A stretch of DNA of 64,000 nt from NCBI GenBank assembly GCA_043228905.1, contig JBHGNT010000002.1, forward strand, positions 19,344,001-19,408,000, given 5' to 3'. The position numbers and the translations under genes were made by a program. Positions 12,120-25,875 of this stretch are shown here, piece after piece (the stretch's first letter is position 1; every line of letters begins with the position of its first letter). Source of the stretch: Azolla caroliniana. Its lineage: Eukaryota > Plantae > Polypodiophyta. Under the pieces are notes generated by a model. That model was not told the DNA's origin. It made no database searches and saw only the letters and a program-made list of their open reading frames with translations.

Positions 12120-14628
12120 AGAAGCCTGGTGCTTACTTCCCGGATTTGCGATTTTCTTTTCCGTTTGCTCTTGTACGACAAGATTGACATCACATCGGCT
12201 AACCCTCAACGTCCGATCAACACATATGAACCCGAGCCGAGAGAAGAGTCAGTAGAGACATCCGAACCGGAGCTGACGACGAGTGAAAGGAGATACCCAC
12301 TCAAAGAAAGGAGAGCACCAACAACAAATGCCAGTCAATACGCCCTCTTGACTGATGAAGGTGAGCCTGAGTGCTATTATGAAGCCATTGGCGACGAGCA
12401 CAAAGAGAAATGGTTGAGCAGGAATGCAAGATGAGATGGGCCCCTTGCATGAGAATTACACCTACGACCTGGTTGAATTACCGAAAGGTAAGAGAGCACT
12501 TAGAAATAAATGGGTCTACAAGGTGAAGGTTGGAGAAGTCGACGACACACCCAAATATAAAGCCCGCATTGTGGTGAAGGGTTTTCAGCAGAAAAAGGGT
12601 GTCGACATTGATGAAATATTTGCACCAGTCGTGAAGATGACATCAATCCGAATTGTCTTGAGCATAGCTACTAGTATGGACTTGGAGATCAAACAGTTAG
12701 ATATCAAAATAACATTCTTGCACAGGGAGTTGGATGACGAAATCTACATGCACCAACCCAAAGGCTTTGAGGAGAAAGGAAAAGAGAACCTGGTGTTTGG
12801 ACTGAAGAAAAGCTTGTATGGTTTGAAACAAGCTCCACGCCAATGGTACAAGAAGTTCGAGAGAGTCCTTCATGGTGGAACATAGGTTCCTAAAAACACA
12901 AGCAGATCAGTATGTGTTCGTCAAAAGGTATGATGAAGGCGACTTCTTAATTCTCTTATTATATGTGGATGACATGTTGATAGTTGGACAAGACATGAAG
13001 GGGATCGTGATTTTGAAGAAAGCATTAGGCTAGTCATTTGCCATGAAAGATCTTGTACCGAGTAAGCAGATCTTAGGGATGCACACAGTTCAGGACAGAG
13101 CTAAGAAAGTGTTATGGTTGTCACAAGAGAAGTATGTGACAAAGATCTTAGAGAGATTCAACATGTCAAAAGCGAAGTCAGACAGCTCTGTGTTGCCGAC
13201 AAATTGCCAGATGAATACAAAGCAATGCTAGAGAGGGGAGAAAGAAAAGGCCAAGATGAGAAAAGTACCATATGCCTTGACTATTGGCAGTTTAATGTAT
13301 GTTATGGTCTGCACAAGACCAAACATAGCATTTATTGTGGGGGCAGTAAGCCGATATATGAGTAATCTTGGACGAGAACACTGGGCAGTCGTCAAATGGA
13401 TACTCAAGTACTTGAAAAACACCTTGAGGGTATGCCTAAGGTATGGTGTCAAAAAACCTATGCTCGAAGGGTTTACCGATTCGGACATGGGGGATGTTGA
13501 CTCAAGTCGATCCACTTCAGGGTACGTGATGACCTATGCAGGGGGAGCAGTGTCGTGGCAGTCACGACTATAGAAGTCTATGGTCTTGTCGACCACCAAG
13601 GCAAAGTATATGGCAGCGGTAGAGACCGGAAAAGAGCTTATGTGGATTAGAAGCTTTCTCAGTGAGTTGGGAATGAAGCAAAAGGAGGTCTTGCTTCATT
13701 GTGACAACCAAAGTGCCATACATCTAGCCAAGAATGTTGTGTACCACTCCCAAACCAAACATATACAGAGGAGATACCATTGGTTGCAGGGGAAAGTGTA
13801 GGAGGGAGAGTTTACTCTCGTGAAGATCCATACTAATGACAATGGATTTGACATGTTGACGAAGAACCTAGAAATGGACAGGCTTAGAATCTATCGACAG
13901 AGGATAGGGCTAACTGACTTCACCCATAGGAGTGAAGGGAGAGTTTGTTAGGAACAATTCCCTCCTATAGGAGGAGCGGACTGGTCGGACCGACAGCCTA
14001 CAGTCGAAGACATGGAGTAGTCGATTGGTTGGGCCAAGAGCCGACAGTCGAAGACAAGGAGTAATTGATTGGTCGGGCCAAGAGCCGACAATCGATGTCG
14101 TGGTGAGTCGACTCAGGGAGAGTCGACATGAAGAGTTGACTGCAAATGATCCAAGTCGAAGACATGACCGACTAGTCAGGCCGACTAGACAGTCGACACT
14201 AGCATCCACTAGTTGAATCGACCAATCGATCAATCGGCTAATTATCGATTGTTAGTGTTATTAACAAATAATAATAATACTAGACATATTTGTAAATAGC
14301 CTATATTGTGTATAAGGATAAATAGACTTAGGGCAAACATACGAGTTAGAGTAGAACAGAACAGAAAAGTTATAGAATAGAATGTTGTTGTGTGAGCCTC
14401 TGTAGTAGACCATGACAAAGAATTGAGAGTAGTGTGAACGAGAGAGCGGTCGCAAAGTTCAGTGAACTTGCTAAGAACCCCGAACGGGTTATCCTCTGAG
14501 ATCATCAGAGAAGATTTGTAATTGTTTTCTGTATTCTCTTGTATAGTGGATCTCTGTTCCCCGTGATTTTCCCAGTTTAGGGTTCTGGGTAAAACCGTGT
14601 GCATCATTGTCTACTTTGTTGTTTTGCA
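12120..14628 (+). mobile_element. Ty1/Copia 3' half (RT, RNase H), PPT and truncated 3' LTR
   Basis: [54 protein letters not shown], then LTR TGTTAGG from 13946. Confidence 0.9.
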
Positions 14629-15478
14629 TTTCGTTTGTACGTGGTCGTGGAAATCCACGAGTGCATGTTAGCTTTGGCGGGACCACGGGGGTCTTGGACT
14701 AGGGACTAAAAGAGGGGGGATGGGAGCTTAACCTTACGAGCTTCCGAGCACAAAATGAGAAGAACAATGTGCGAAGATTAACAAGATAAAGAGTTAGATT
14801 GAGACAAGGTTCATCAAGCTAATTCCATTATAGGGCACGAAAGCCACAATATGATTACAACCGCGGCCACGTAGGCCAGACTCAAGCACAACTAGAAACA
14901 AACCTAACTGGGTAGGGAGAAGAATAAGAAGACCTAAACCCTAATCAAGAGAAATGGAAACGATATGGAGGGGAACCTAAAACCAAAACCCTAAAACGAA
15001 AATAGGGATAAGACAAAGAAGAACTAAAGCCATAAGGGTCTACCTCAAACGACAAAATGGCGACCCCCTCACCCCCTTTTATAGTGGAAAAAGGTGAGGC
15101 TTATTACAAAAGGATAGGCCTAATGTTCCTCTCTTTTCGAAGAAGAATATTTGCCTTGATTTTAGGAGAAGAGATTGATGGGGCCTTAACTCCCTCTCCT
15201 CTCATTTTCACACACACACCACTATGCCCCCTACTTATTACACCCTTACTCCCATGCACTCCCCTTTGTCTAAATGTACATGTGCACCTAAGTGCACATC
15301 ACATTTGTACTTCACGAACTTTGTAGTGCACTTTTAGCACCTTACATTTTACCCTTTCCTTATACATTGTTTTTCTTATTCCCATTTACAAATTTATTAA
15401 GTACATGTGCAATGTTGCACATTCCCATTTTATTCTTCCCACTAGGGTTTCTCACTGTAGCTGAAAATCCTCATGACA
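14629..15478 (-). mobile_element. LTR related to the Ylt1-like Gypsy LTRs
   Basis: Shares GGCGGGACCACGGGGGTCTTGGACTA with 49188/57175 and ends TCATGACA at 15478. No TSD resolved. Confidence 0.65.
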
Positions 15479-15554
15479 ACGTTTTAGCATATCTTATTGT
15501 GGATCAATGGGTCCGATTTCCAATAGTGTCGACGAACATGTGGAACAGGCGCAT

Positions 15555-16150
15555 TGTCGTGCCTTTCGGCGCCGGATCGTTGCATGAGTCGGGTGGGAAC
15601 CACCGGGGTTTTGGACTAGGAGGAAGAATTTTAAGGCTAATAAGAATATAAATAGATTATAAGAAAGAAAGATAGAATTTCTTGAATCCCACAAATATAG
15701 TTTTTTAGTTTTATTAATATTTAACCCTAATTATACTTTGGAATAGATTGGAAAAAGAAAAATCAAAAACCTCGTGAATCCCACGAGTATTATATTAATC
15801 TCACCCCATAATTTATTTATTTATTCACCACCCTCCTTATTACATTGTGCTCCCCATCCTTATATAGTGATGAGAGAGTCTTAGCAATCTCTCTAACTAT
15901 GGACTCCATGCATTCTCTATCTATATAGACTATATGCTTTCTCTAACATATTTTTTTTTCTAAAAGTTATCATGTTTTTTCTAACCTTATGCGTTTTTTA
16001 TTGACTATAGTGTTCATGCACACTAGATGTGCATGTGTAACTTTTTTTTCTATCATGCATTTTTCTTCTAACTAAAGCTTTTTCCTAGAAAAAAATATGC
16101 GTGAAATAATCTTTCTATGTGAGATATCTACTTTTGTAACACTCATGATA
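15555..16150 (-). mobile_element. Second divergent LTR of the same group
   Basis: Starts TGTCGTG, carries the degenerate motif GGGAACCACCGGGGTTTTGGACTAG, ends CATGATA. Confidence 0.5.
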
Positions 16151-16189
16151 TGTTAGTGTAATGGTAAGGCTTTAACACAATCTTGGCTG

Positions 16190-17337
16190 AGCGCATTGGA
16201 ACTCAGTCAAGCATGTGTTCATATATCTAGTGGGCATAAAAGATTATGGCATCCTATTTGGCCTGAACAATACTTCAAGCATAGTCAACTATACTGACTT
16301 GGACTTTGCCAGTTTTGTGAACATGTGAAAGTCGACAAATGGATACTACTTTAAGTTCGGCAATGGAGCAATCTCTTGGAAGTCGAAACTCCAGGAGTGC
16401 ACGGCGACCTCAACCACTTAAGCCGAATACATAGCCACCTTCGACACAGCAAAGGAAGCTCTATGGCTCGGTTGGCTAGCATGCACATTTCAACAAGCCG
16501 ACTTTGATTCAGCTCCAGTTGTCTACAGTGATAATCAAGGTGCAATCGCTTTGTCACAAAATCCGGTCCATCACAACAACTCAAAGAATATAGACATGAG
16601 GTATCACTTCATTCGGTACTACATCATTTCATGGAAAATCGGCCTTGAGAAGATACCTACAGCCGATAATGTTGCAGGTGGGATGACCAAGTGTCTCCCA
16701 ACGGATCTATTCTGATCCCTTCAACACCAGATGGGCGTAACAAAGAATCAGTCTGATTGAGTTGGACAAACGGGATCATTTCGGGCAATCGGCAATCGGC
16801 ATAGCCGACTCGACTTCATACTCTCCAATTGGAATTCCCTTTTTGGACTAGTTGATTTGGTTTCAGCTCTTCCGACCTCGGTCGACCCGATCGTTTGTTC
16901 CTAGATGTTGACAGTTCGGACAAAACCCAACTTGTTTGAAAACCCTTTGTATAAATTTGTATTTTTGGTCTATTTTCTTGATTATAGATTTTTGTTGTAT
17001 ACGCCCATTAGGGGGGAGTGTCAAATCTAGAAAATATTGGACGTATTCACATTGTCCCATTTGAACATACTAGGTTTGAGGCTATTTTTGTAAATAGTGG
17101 AAAGGACAGTTGCCCTAACTCAGTTGGTATTTAAACTGACACTTGTAACCTAACATTAGAGGTTGATAGTGCCATTTCTTGTATTGTAACTTTTGGGAAT
17201 AAGATTGTTACATTGTGTGCCTCCTTGTCTCTCTTTCTCACACTGTCTCCTTGATCTTGCTTTAACTTGTTAACTTGGTGATCTTCTTAGCATAGATGTT
17301 GTTCTTGTTTCCATACTGACGGTCTCAAACTCCAACA
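16190..17337 (+). mobile_element. Copia RNase H remnant plus 3' LTR (17019-17337)
   Basis: Degenerate RNase H homologous to 18700-19200. PPT AGGGGGGAG, then LTR TGTCAAA...TCCAACA. Confidence 0.85.
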
Positions 17338-19792
17338 ATGACAACTTCAGCTACCAACTCTAGGACCTTGAAAACAGACAGATCGTCCGAAGTTCGGACG
17401 TAGTTTTCAACAAGCCGGTCATGCATAAGACAGACAAAAGGCAAATCGAAGTCTGAAGAGTTGTCTTTTCAGACGTGTCGGATCTTTTTGATGGACCAAC
17501 CCAAAACACGAGGTCGGCTTCACGATTAGCTAAATCCTCCAACACTAATTCAGATCATCCCGATTCGGCACAATCGAATGTTTCGACTTCGTTACCCGAT
17601 TTGGCTAGACCAATCATACCACGTAGATTTGAGAGACTGTCGCAGCCTCCGAAGAGATATTCTCCAGGAAATTTCTTCACGGACGCCAGCAAGCCAATGT
17701 CATATGAAGAAGCATCAACATGTGCCAATTCTACCACATAGCATCTGGCAATGGAATTAGAGATGAACCCCAACAGGCAAAATCAAAGTTGGGACCTAGT
17801 TGAATTGCCGAAAAATAGACATGTTCTTCTGTGTAAATGGGTCTATCGACTTAAAGAGACATTAGATTCGGCAAGTCCCAAGTACAAGGCCAAATTAGTC
17901 GGGAAGGGTTTCCGGCAAGAATATGGCGTTGACTTTGACGAAGTTATTTCACTAGTGGTGAAAATGATGACACTTTGCTTTTTGCTCGGTGTAGTGGCAG
18001 CTGACGACTTGGAGCTAATTCAGCTAGATGTAAAAACGACATTCCTCCATGGTGACTTAGAGGAGGAGATCTATATGGAATAACCAAAAGGCTTTGTTAT
18101 TATTAGCCAAGAACATCTAGTCTATTGACTCAAGAACAATCTCTATGGTCTAAAACTGGCCCCAAGACAATGGTATAAGAAGTTCGACGACTTCATACAA
18201 TCAGTCTGCTTCTTCAAGAGTGATGAGAACCAGTGCCTTTTCTCGAAAACGACTCGAGATGGGTCACCCATCTTCCTCATCCTCTATGTGGACAACATGC
18301 TTCTCTCCGGCCAGAATGTCGGAGTTCTTGTCGATCTCGTTCAGCAACTGCGATTGAAGTTTGCATTGAAGGACCTAGGTCTGGCAATACATATCTTGGG
18401 TATAAAGATAAGTTGGCTCCAGAATCGACGACAACTATTCTTGTCTCAAGCCGACTACATTCAACATTTCTTGGAACGCTTCAACATGCAATCAGCCAAA
18501 TCGGCTTGGACCCCGCTCCCCATTAGCCTTCGGCTATCTCAGCGAGACTGTTCAACATCTAATCCGAAGGGGGAAATTATAAAGTTGGTACCTTGCGCAC
18601 CGGTTGTCGGCTCCCTAATGTACGTGATGGTCATGACACGACTAGACATTGCTCATGTTGTAGGATCCATCAAAATATTTTTGCATAACCCTAGTTGATC
18701 GCATTAGAACGCAGTTAAGCATGTGATCAGGTATCTGGTGGGCACAAACGACTATGGCATCCTCTTCAGCCCGAAGAGCAACTTAGGCATTGTCGGCTAC
18801 ATTGACTCAAACTTTGTCGACTATCTAGACAGTCGAAAGTCAACAACCGGATATTGTTTCAAATTGGCAATAGAGCGATTTCATGGAAGTCGAAACTTCA
18901 GGAGTGTAGCCACATCCGATGTGGCCAACGAGGCTTTATGGCTCGATCGGCTAGCATGCACATTTCGACAAGCTAACTCCAAATCAACTTCAGTTGTCTA
19001 CAACGATAGTCAGAGTGTTGTCGCGTTGTCGAAATATCTGGTTCACAACAACGCCTCAAAGCATATTGGCATTCGTTATCACTTCATTCGGGACTGCGTC
19101 ACTTCAGGAAAGCTTGGCCTTGAGAAAATTCCTACAGGTGGCAATGTAGTAGATGGGGGGATCAAATGTCTTCCGGCTGACTGATTCCGGACACTTCAGC
19201 ACCAGATGGGTGTAAGAAGATACTAGTCTAATTGAGTTGGACACAAGGACGGTTTCAGACAATCGGCTCCGACACTCTCAAAATTTGGCCTTCGGCAATT
19301 GGCACAGCCGATCTGGCTTCTGCTTTCAACCATTGACGATTCGGCCACTAACCGATTTGTCAAAACATCCTTTTGTATAATCTGTATCATTTTGTTTCAT
19401 ATTACAGATTCTTTCGTTGTATATGCCCATTACAGGGGAGTGTCAAATACGCATGCATAATGGATGTATTCACATTGTCCTACCTAGACAAACTAGGTTT
19501 AGGACAATTCTATAAAAATATAATAAAGGGCAATTGCCCTAGTTCGGTTCATATATAAACTGAACTTATAACCTAGTTTGGGGGGTTGTTGTCATTCTTT
19601 GAATAATACAGTTATCTTTGTTGTGCCTATCTTTGTATCTCCTTCACTCAATCGTTGATCTTGTTTGTGTTCAAGTTGTCTTTGCATTAATCTTCTATTC
19701 ATCTTGTTAATCTTGTCTACATCATACTTGTTGCTCTTCAACACCTTCAATGTTGTTCACTTTCCGTATACTGACAGCCTCAGTTTTCAACA
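17338..19792 (+). mobile_element. Copia integrase C-terminus, RT and RNase H plus 3' LTR (19441-19792), same family as 16190-17337
   Basis: QLDVKTTFLHGDLEEEIYM, YVDN, HIGIRYHFIRD. PPT AGGGGAG, then LTR TGTCAAA...TTCAACA. Confidence 0.9.
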
Positions 19793-22291
19793 ATTCTGAC
19801 ACTACACCATTTTTATCACAATATATTGTGTAATAGTATGCACTATCTCGAAGTGGCAAGCATGCACATTAATAGCCAAGTGGAAAGCATTTATCAGAAT
19901 TATATTGTGACCATGCATATGACAAAGAGTACTATATATTGACCGAATTCAATCTTTTATTGAACTCGCGGAATATGGTTTCAACCTCTACCCAAAAAGT
20001 GGAGGAATCCTTGAGTGGTGTGTAAGTATCCATAAAACAAACTAACCTAGTGTATGCTATATATGGTCACTTCGTATGGTTGTGAGTTGTAGTTTTTGGA
20101 GCTAGAACCAATTGTTCTTTCAACTTGATTTGTTTAACACTAGGATAGGCAAGTGTTATATGATCACTTTGCTCCACATCAATTGTTCTTTCAACTTGAT
20201 TGATTTACCTATAGTAGGAAATGTAAGTGTTATATGATAACTTTGTTCAAATAAAAATGTAATATAGTTCAAGATTCTTTTGCTATAAAGAATCACATAT
20301 GGAAAAGGAATGTATAAGGCAAAACCTCATCCATTTGAGGATGCGTGGTGCATGGAACTCTTGCATGAGATTCCAAGTTGTAGTTTATAATACTATAGAA
20401 GACCATAAAAGGAGTTTCCAAGCATCATCAAGGAGACTATAACCTCCATTTATTTGATGAGTGAGTGAAATTACATTAGGTAATCAATGAGGAGCTTGTC
20501 ATTATAAGTAATACATGCAAAGAAGAGTACATTTTCAATGACAAGCGTGACAAGCATATTGAATACATTTCAACCAACCAACTAATACTCAATTTACTTC
20601 TATGTGGAAGCCCCATCATTAAAAGTCAAGCCCAGCAAGCCCTTCATAAATTGTTAGTTTTTGAGGATTTTTGCAAATTTTCAGGATATCTCTAAAAGCA
20701 CATAAAAAAAAACTCTCCAGTCATAATGTAATTGTATTTTTTGTAACAATAATCATTATTGCATTAGGGCTTATATTATAATTTTCATTCATCATAAATC
20801 AAAGCTTTGAATAGGCTCGCATCCTTGTTGACCATGTGGACATTATGGGTTTGGTAAATTGGCACCCAGAATCAAATACACGTTACAAATTTCATTATCA
20901 ATAGTTTTAAAATTAGTGAAGTGACAAAAACTTAAAATATCGTGATTTTAAATGTGACCCTATTTGAAAGCCTTAACTCGTATATAAGACTTGATAGGAG
21001 GAGAACATGAAAAAAAAATCCTATTTGAAAGTCTTAAAATCGTGTGTAAGACTTGATACGGAATTAGAACATTACGTAGAGAAGTGTGTAAACTCTCATA
21101 GGAGGAGCACATGGAAAAATAATCCAGCACTCGCAGTCATGTGTATATAACAAAGTTGATTTATGTTGAATAATTTTGAGTTGCTACCATCTCCCTTTCT
21201 TGAAAAGAGAGAAGGGTGGCTCAAATCATTTGTCTCTATCAACTAGTCTATCCTATTGATGAGTAAAAAAGGAAAATGATTTGTCATGAAAGCCACAAAA
21301 GCAAGGTAAGCCAAAGTTCACAAGTACACTAGTGTGTGTGTGTGGAAAAAGGGGGGGAGAAAGGGGCAAAACATCACATGGAATGCGGACAAGGCTATGC
21401 ATGTTGCCTTTAATTATTGATCGATTAAAATACCAAAAATGTCTAAGACCAACATGTTCTTTGCCACAACTCTAAGAAAGAAAGGAAGAAAGACATACAG
21501 AGGGACTTACTTTAATGGTATTGACAACGACACGGAACATAAAAATCTCTTCTTCTTCTTCTTCTTTTTCTTCTTTTTCTTCTTTTTACAAGTCATCAAG
21601 CTAACATCGAAATACGAGTCAATGTCGAGCTCTCGCTCCGAGCTCGATTCGTATGAACGATTACATCCGATGAAACTTTTCTCTTCAAGTTCAAGGAACT
21701 TTCTTTTCGAATCCGGAGACAAAACAGAAGGGGGGGAAGGGGGGGGGGAAGGGGGGGGTTCGGATTTGATGTATGAAATGATTGAATAATTATGTAAGCG
21801 CACATGGGGGGGGGGGGGGGTGCGGGTGCGGAAAGAGAATATTGATGTGGATTCTTTCCCTCCCTTCCAACAAAATGGAATGAAGATGTACACTAAATCG
21901 ATACTCATGATGTAAATTAGGGTTCTCACAATTAAGTTAAGGTAGGGAGAAAAAAAAAAAAACCCTAAGTGCTTGAAAGGTACACGCAACTTGAAAAGAT
22001 GGAAGAAGGAAAGGGGAAGACCAAGATCAAAAGAAACACTTCACCTCAATAATAATGTTTGTCACAAACAAACAATACTATCCATAGAAACACACACACA
22101 CACACATTAGTATGTATGTATGAATGTATGAATGTATGATCAATTTATGTATATATATATATATATGTAAATATATGTGTATGTTATATATCTATATGTA
22201 TATATGTATATATTAGGATGATTTTTTATATAGTATACAAGAAAGAGGGCCATTGACATACATCGATCTGTTATAGTGGTCATCAAATCAA

Positions 22292-25132
22292 TTAATATAA
22301 TCTCTTCACAGTGACAGGGAGCCTCTTTACCATCCTTGTTGTTGGAAAGAATATAATTTCATCCTCTTCAGCTGCTTGCCAGCTACAAAACAAACACACA
22401 CACACAGAGCATTTGTTAGCACATGATCATGACTTAAATAAATACCCAAGTTCTTCTTCTTCTTGTTGGTGTTTCTTCACCTGAATTGTGTTGTCAAGTA
22501 GTAAAGGAATATGGAGATTTCGACTCTTGCTAGCTCGTGCCCCGGACAGAATCGTGGCCCGCCCCCGAATGGCGTGAAGAATCTGTTGTTCAAGCTACTC
22601 GTGCTTGGATTATTCACATTGCACCCATTCTAGATCGAATAGTTCGCAATAAAATCAATCGACTGATTAGGATCACATTGGTTTTTGGGTGGATCGAAAT
22701 CAATACGTAAATGAGACACAATTCTTAAAAGTACATCAATAATAGGATCAAATCTTTACATAGCTTGTATAACATAAATTACCGATTACCGATTCGGCCG
22801 ATGATGATAACCACCTCCATGGATTGAATGTATTAGCATCCTTGTAGTTAGCCTCATCAAAATGGACCGCGCGGAACGATGTAAAGACCGTCCATCCTTT
22901 TGGGATTATGAAACCTGGAGCAGAATTTTATGAAAAAACCACACACTGATATCAAATCAATGATTAATACATCTCATTTAACATGTACTAGATTAGTTTG
23001 ACCAAACATGCACTCATTGAGATCGGTATATCTCGAACGAAATTATGCTTAATGCATATTAAGGTTATGGTAATTTAAGCAAATACACACTGATATCCGT
23101 ATATGAAATGCACAATGATTAATACATAATAGGATTAGGTTTGTTTAATTAAACCTGCATTCACTGTCACTAATATAGGTAATTTAAACAAATGAGCCAT
23201 TAATCCACATAAGATTATGTTAATTTGAACAAATGCACACTGATATTGGTACATCAAATGAAAGTTTGAATGATTGATCGGTATGCTCATCTGATATATC
23301 AGGACATCAAACAAATGATTAAATGCATATAAGATTATGTTCATTTGAAACAAAACAGTTTAAAATGCTATGAGTAAGTACCTTGCACCTCGACATCTTG
23401 CAGTGCTTTCCGAAAGACTCCGCCAACAACATTCCCCATTCGAAGTGTCTCGTTAATCACCTGCGAAATGCGGATTGATGGATGAGGCATTCATGAATTG
23501 AGAGACGCAACAAAGAAAGGCCGCTAATCTTAAGGTCACCTACACAATGAGTGAAAGTCATGCAGGATTTGTAGTCACTCCAGCTGATCATCATCTCCTC
23601 CTCGTCATTCTTGCGCCGCTTCATGGCCATATGCTCGGCCTGCGATTAGGGTTTGTCATTTTAGAATTAATATCACAAACAGTAACTTATGCCCCTCTGC
23701 TAATTAGGGTTTGGACATTCAATTGTGTTTTGCCATTCAAAAAAACAACCTGCCTAGTATGTGATGCTGGATAAACAACAGAATAGTTAACCATGTAATC
23801 TAATACCTGCAATTGCTCCAGAGCTTTAGGGCAATCTGCGAGAAACTTGACAGCCAGAGTGATGATGATAGATGTGGTCTCATACCCTGCTACAAGTAGC
23901 GAGATTACCATGTCCACAATCTGCTCATCGCTCATCTTCTTTTCCAGCAGGGCCCCCAGAAGATCATCCCTCGACTCAGTATAGTTCTTCTTCATCCCTG
24001 GCTCGTCATCATCATCATCATCATCATCATCACGAATGCGATTATGACGAGCCATCTCTTCTCGTCGCTTTATGACGAGCTGTTTGATGGACTTCATGAT
24101 TGCAGCACGAGCCTGCAGAGCCTTGTTATATGTGGTACCTGGTAGATTAATGGGGAGCGAGAAGAAGCCATCGATTAAGAGCAGATACTGCTGCCTCAAT
24201 CTCTCCGTCCACAGGCCAGGATCGGCACTCAACAACTGCCTCACACTCAAGTTGAAAGTAATCTGCAACCATCACCAGTCGTTGTTTGTAACCGATCATG
24301 GTCTTTTTATCAACAGGCAAGCAAGCAGGCAGGCAGGCATCCATCCAAGAACACACAGAAAGAGACAATAAAAAGTTTAGGGTTTGGCAGAGCAGAACGA
24401 ACCTTCTTGGCTTCGTCCTGTATGTGGATGACATGAGGATGCATGGGCCATGCCGCCAACACGGAGCGGACATGCGAGTGGATGTCGGACATGAGCCTGC
24501 AGTGCTTGTCTTTTAGGGCAGAGGAGTTGGTGAAGCTCCATGTGAGGCCATGGAGCTGCTTGTGGAGGGGGGCATCATCGGTGATGAGGAGGAGGGAGTT
24601 GGGGCCGAGGAGGCGGCGCAGAGAAGCCGGGTAGCTCGATGCGAACAGCCGGCCCTCGCCTTGCATCACAAACCTATTGAATTCGGGATCCGTGGAGAAC
24701 ACAGTGGGCCGCCCCAGCAGATGAGTCCGGAACACCGCCGATCCGTACCTAGCTTCCCAATGAAAAACAAATCCAAAAAATCCTCAAAAATGCAGGTAAA
24801 ATGCAGGGTTAGGGTTAGGGTTAGGGTTGGAGGTTTTTTTTTACATCCATTTACATACATATAGAAAGGAATTCAGGGCTGCTTGTGAAACTGGGGTGCA
24901 TATTATGATCATTGCAATTGCTCTGAATCAAAGATTTCAAACTTTCGATGCAGGTATCATTACATAATCATTACATACAGAAAGCCAATTCATTCAGGAA
25001 GGTAGGGTTAGGGTTGGAGTTTTTTTTTTACATCCAGTTACATACATATAGAAAGCAATTCAGGGCTGCTTGTGAAACTGGGGAGCATATTATGATCATT
25101 GCAATGCTCTAGAGGTTTTTTTCTTTACATCC

Positions 25133-25165
<33 letters not shown>

Positions 25166-25875
25166 CATAGATACATAGAGAAATTCAGGGCTGCTTGTGA
25201 AACTGGGGGCATATTATGATCATTGCAATTGCTCTGAGTCAGAGATTTCAAACTTTCAATGTAGGTATCATTACATACAGAAAGCCAATTCATTCAGGGC
25301 TGGTTGTGCAACTGGGGGGGGCATATTATGATCATTGCCCAGAATCACAAAAGATTTGTAAAGGAATCTTTTCTTTTCTTTTTTGCCTGGGTGAGGAGGG
25401 GGGTGTACCTTTGTCGCCTGGCGTCTGCGAATGGCTCGGGATCGGAGGTGCGGTGCGCAGCGATGAGCTCTAGCGTCTCGCCAATGAGGGGCCATCCCAT
25501 GCGTCCCGGCGGCACAACGGCCCGAGACACTCCGCTCCCTCGTGTTGTTGGTTGCCGCTCCACGATCGGCCGGCCCATCCGCCGCCCCAATCTCTTGCCA
25601 AGGATTGCCATGGCTGCATTAGGAAGAAGCAAGCCCATCACTACTCCTCCTCCTACCACCACCACTACTACTAATACTAACGCCGCTAGTAGAATGGAAG
25701 ACATGGTGAGAGTATGGGCAGGGTCATGGGATAAGATCAAACTACTATGCAAGGTGCATGAGGAGGAGGCACTACTGCAACTTCTACTACTACTACAACT
25801 ATTACTACTGAAGTGAGAATCCATGGGTAGGAAGCACGCCATGGCTGCATTAGCACCAATGATCTGCAGCTGCAT
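22292..25875 (-). CDS. CYP90A: Cytochrome P450 CYP90A-like (CPD-type brassinosteroid biosynthesis enzyme, CYP85 clan), 8 exons
   Basis: Phase-consistent GT-AG exons: 25875 (or 25704)-25409, 24748-24403, 24262-23807, 23639-23544, 23460-23382, 22914-22790, 22629-22481, 22382-22292. Motifs [76 protein letters not shown] and FFPTTR are CPD-like. 545 aa from ATG 25704, 602 aa from ATG 25875. Confidence 0.92.
24800..25360. repeat. Degenerate tandem repeat in CYP90A intron 1
   Basis: Four copies of aattcagggctgcttgtgaaactgggg..catattatgatcattgc. Confidence 0.85.

Noticed and set aside
21439-21989. ORFs with poly-Phe, poly-Lys or poly-Pro downstream of CYP90A
   Set aside because: They derive from simple repeats in the 3' flank.
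24805-24830. Telomere or interstitial telomeric array
   Set aside because: Only about three TTAGGG units inside an intron.
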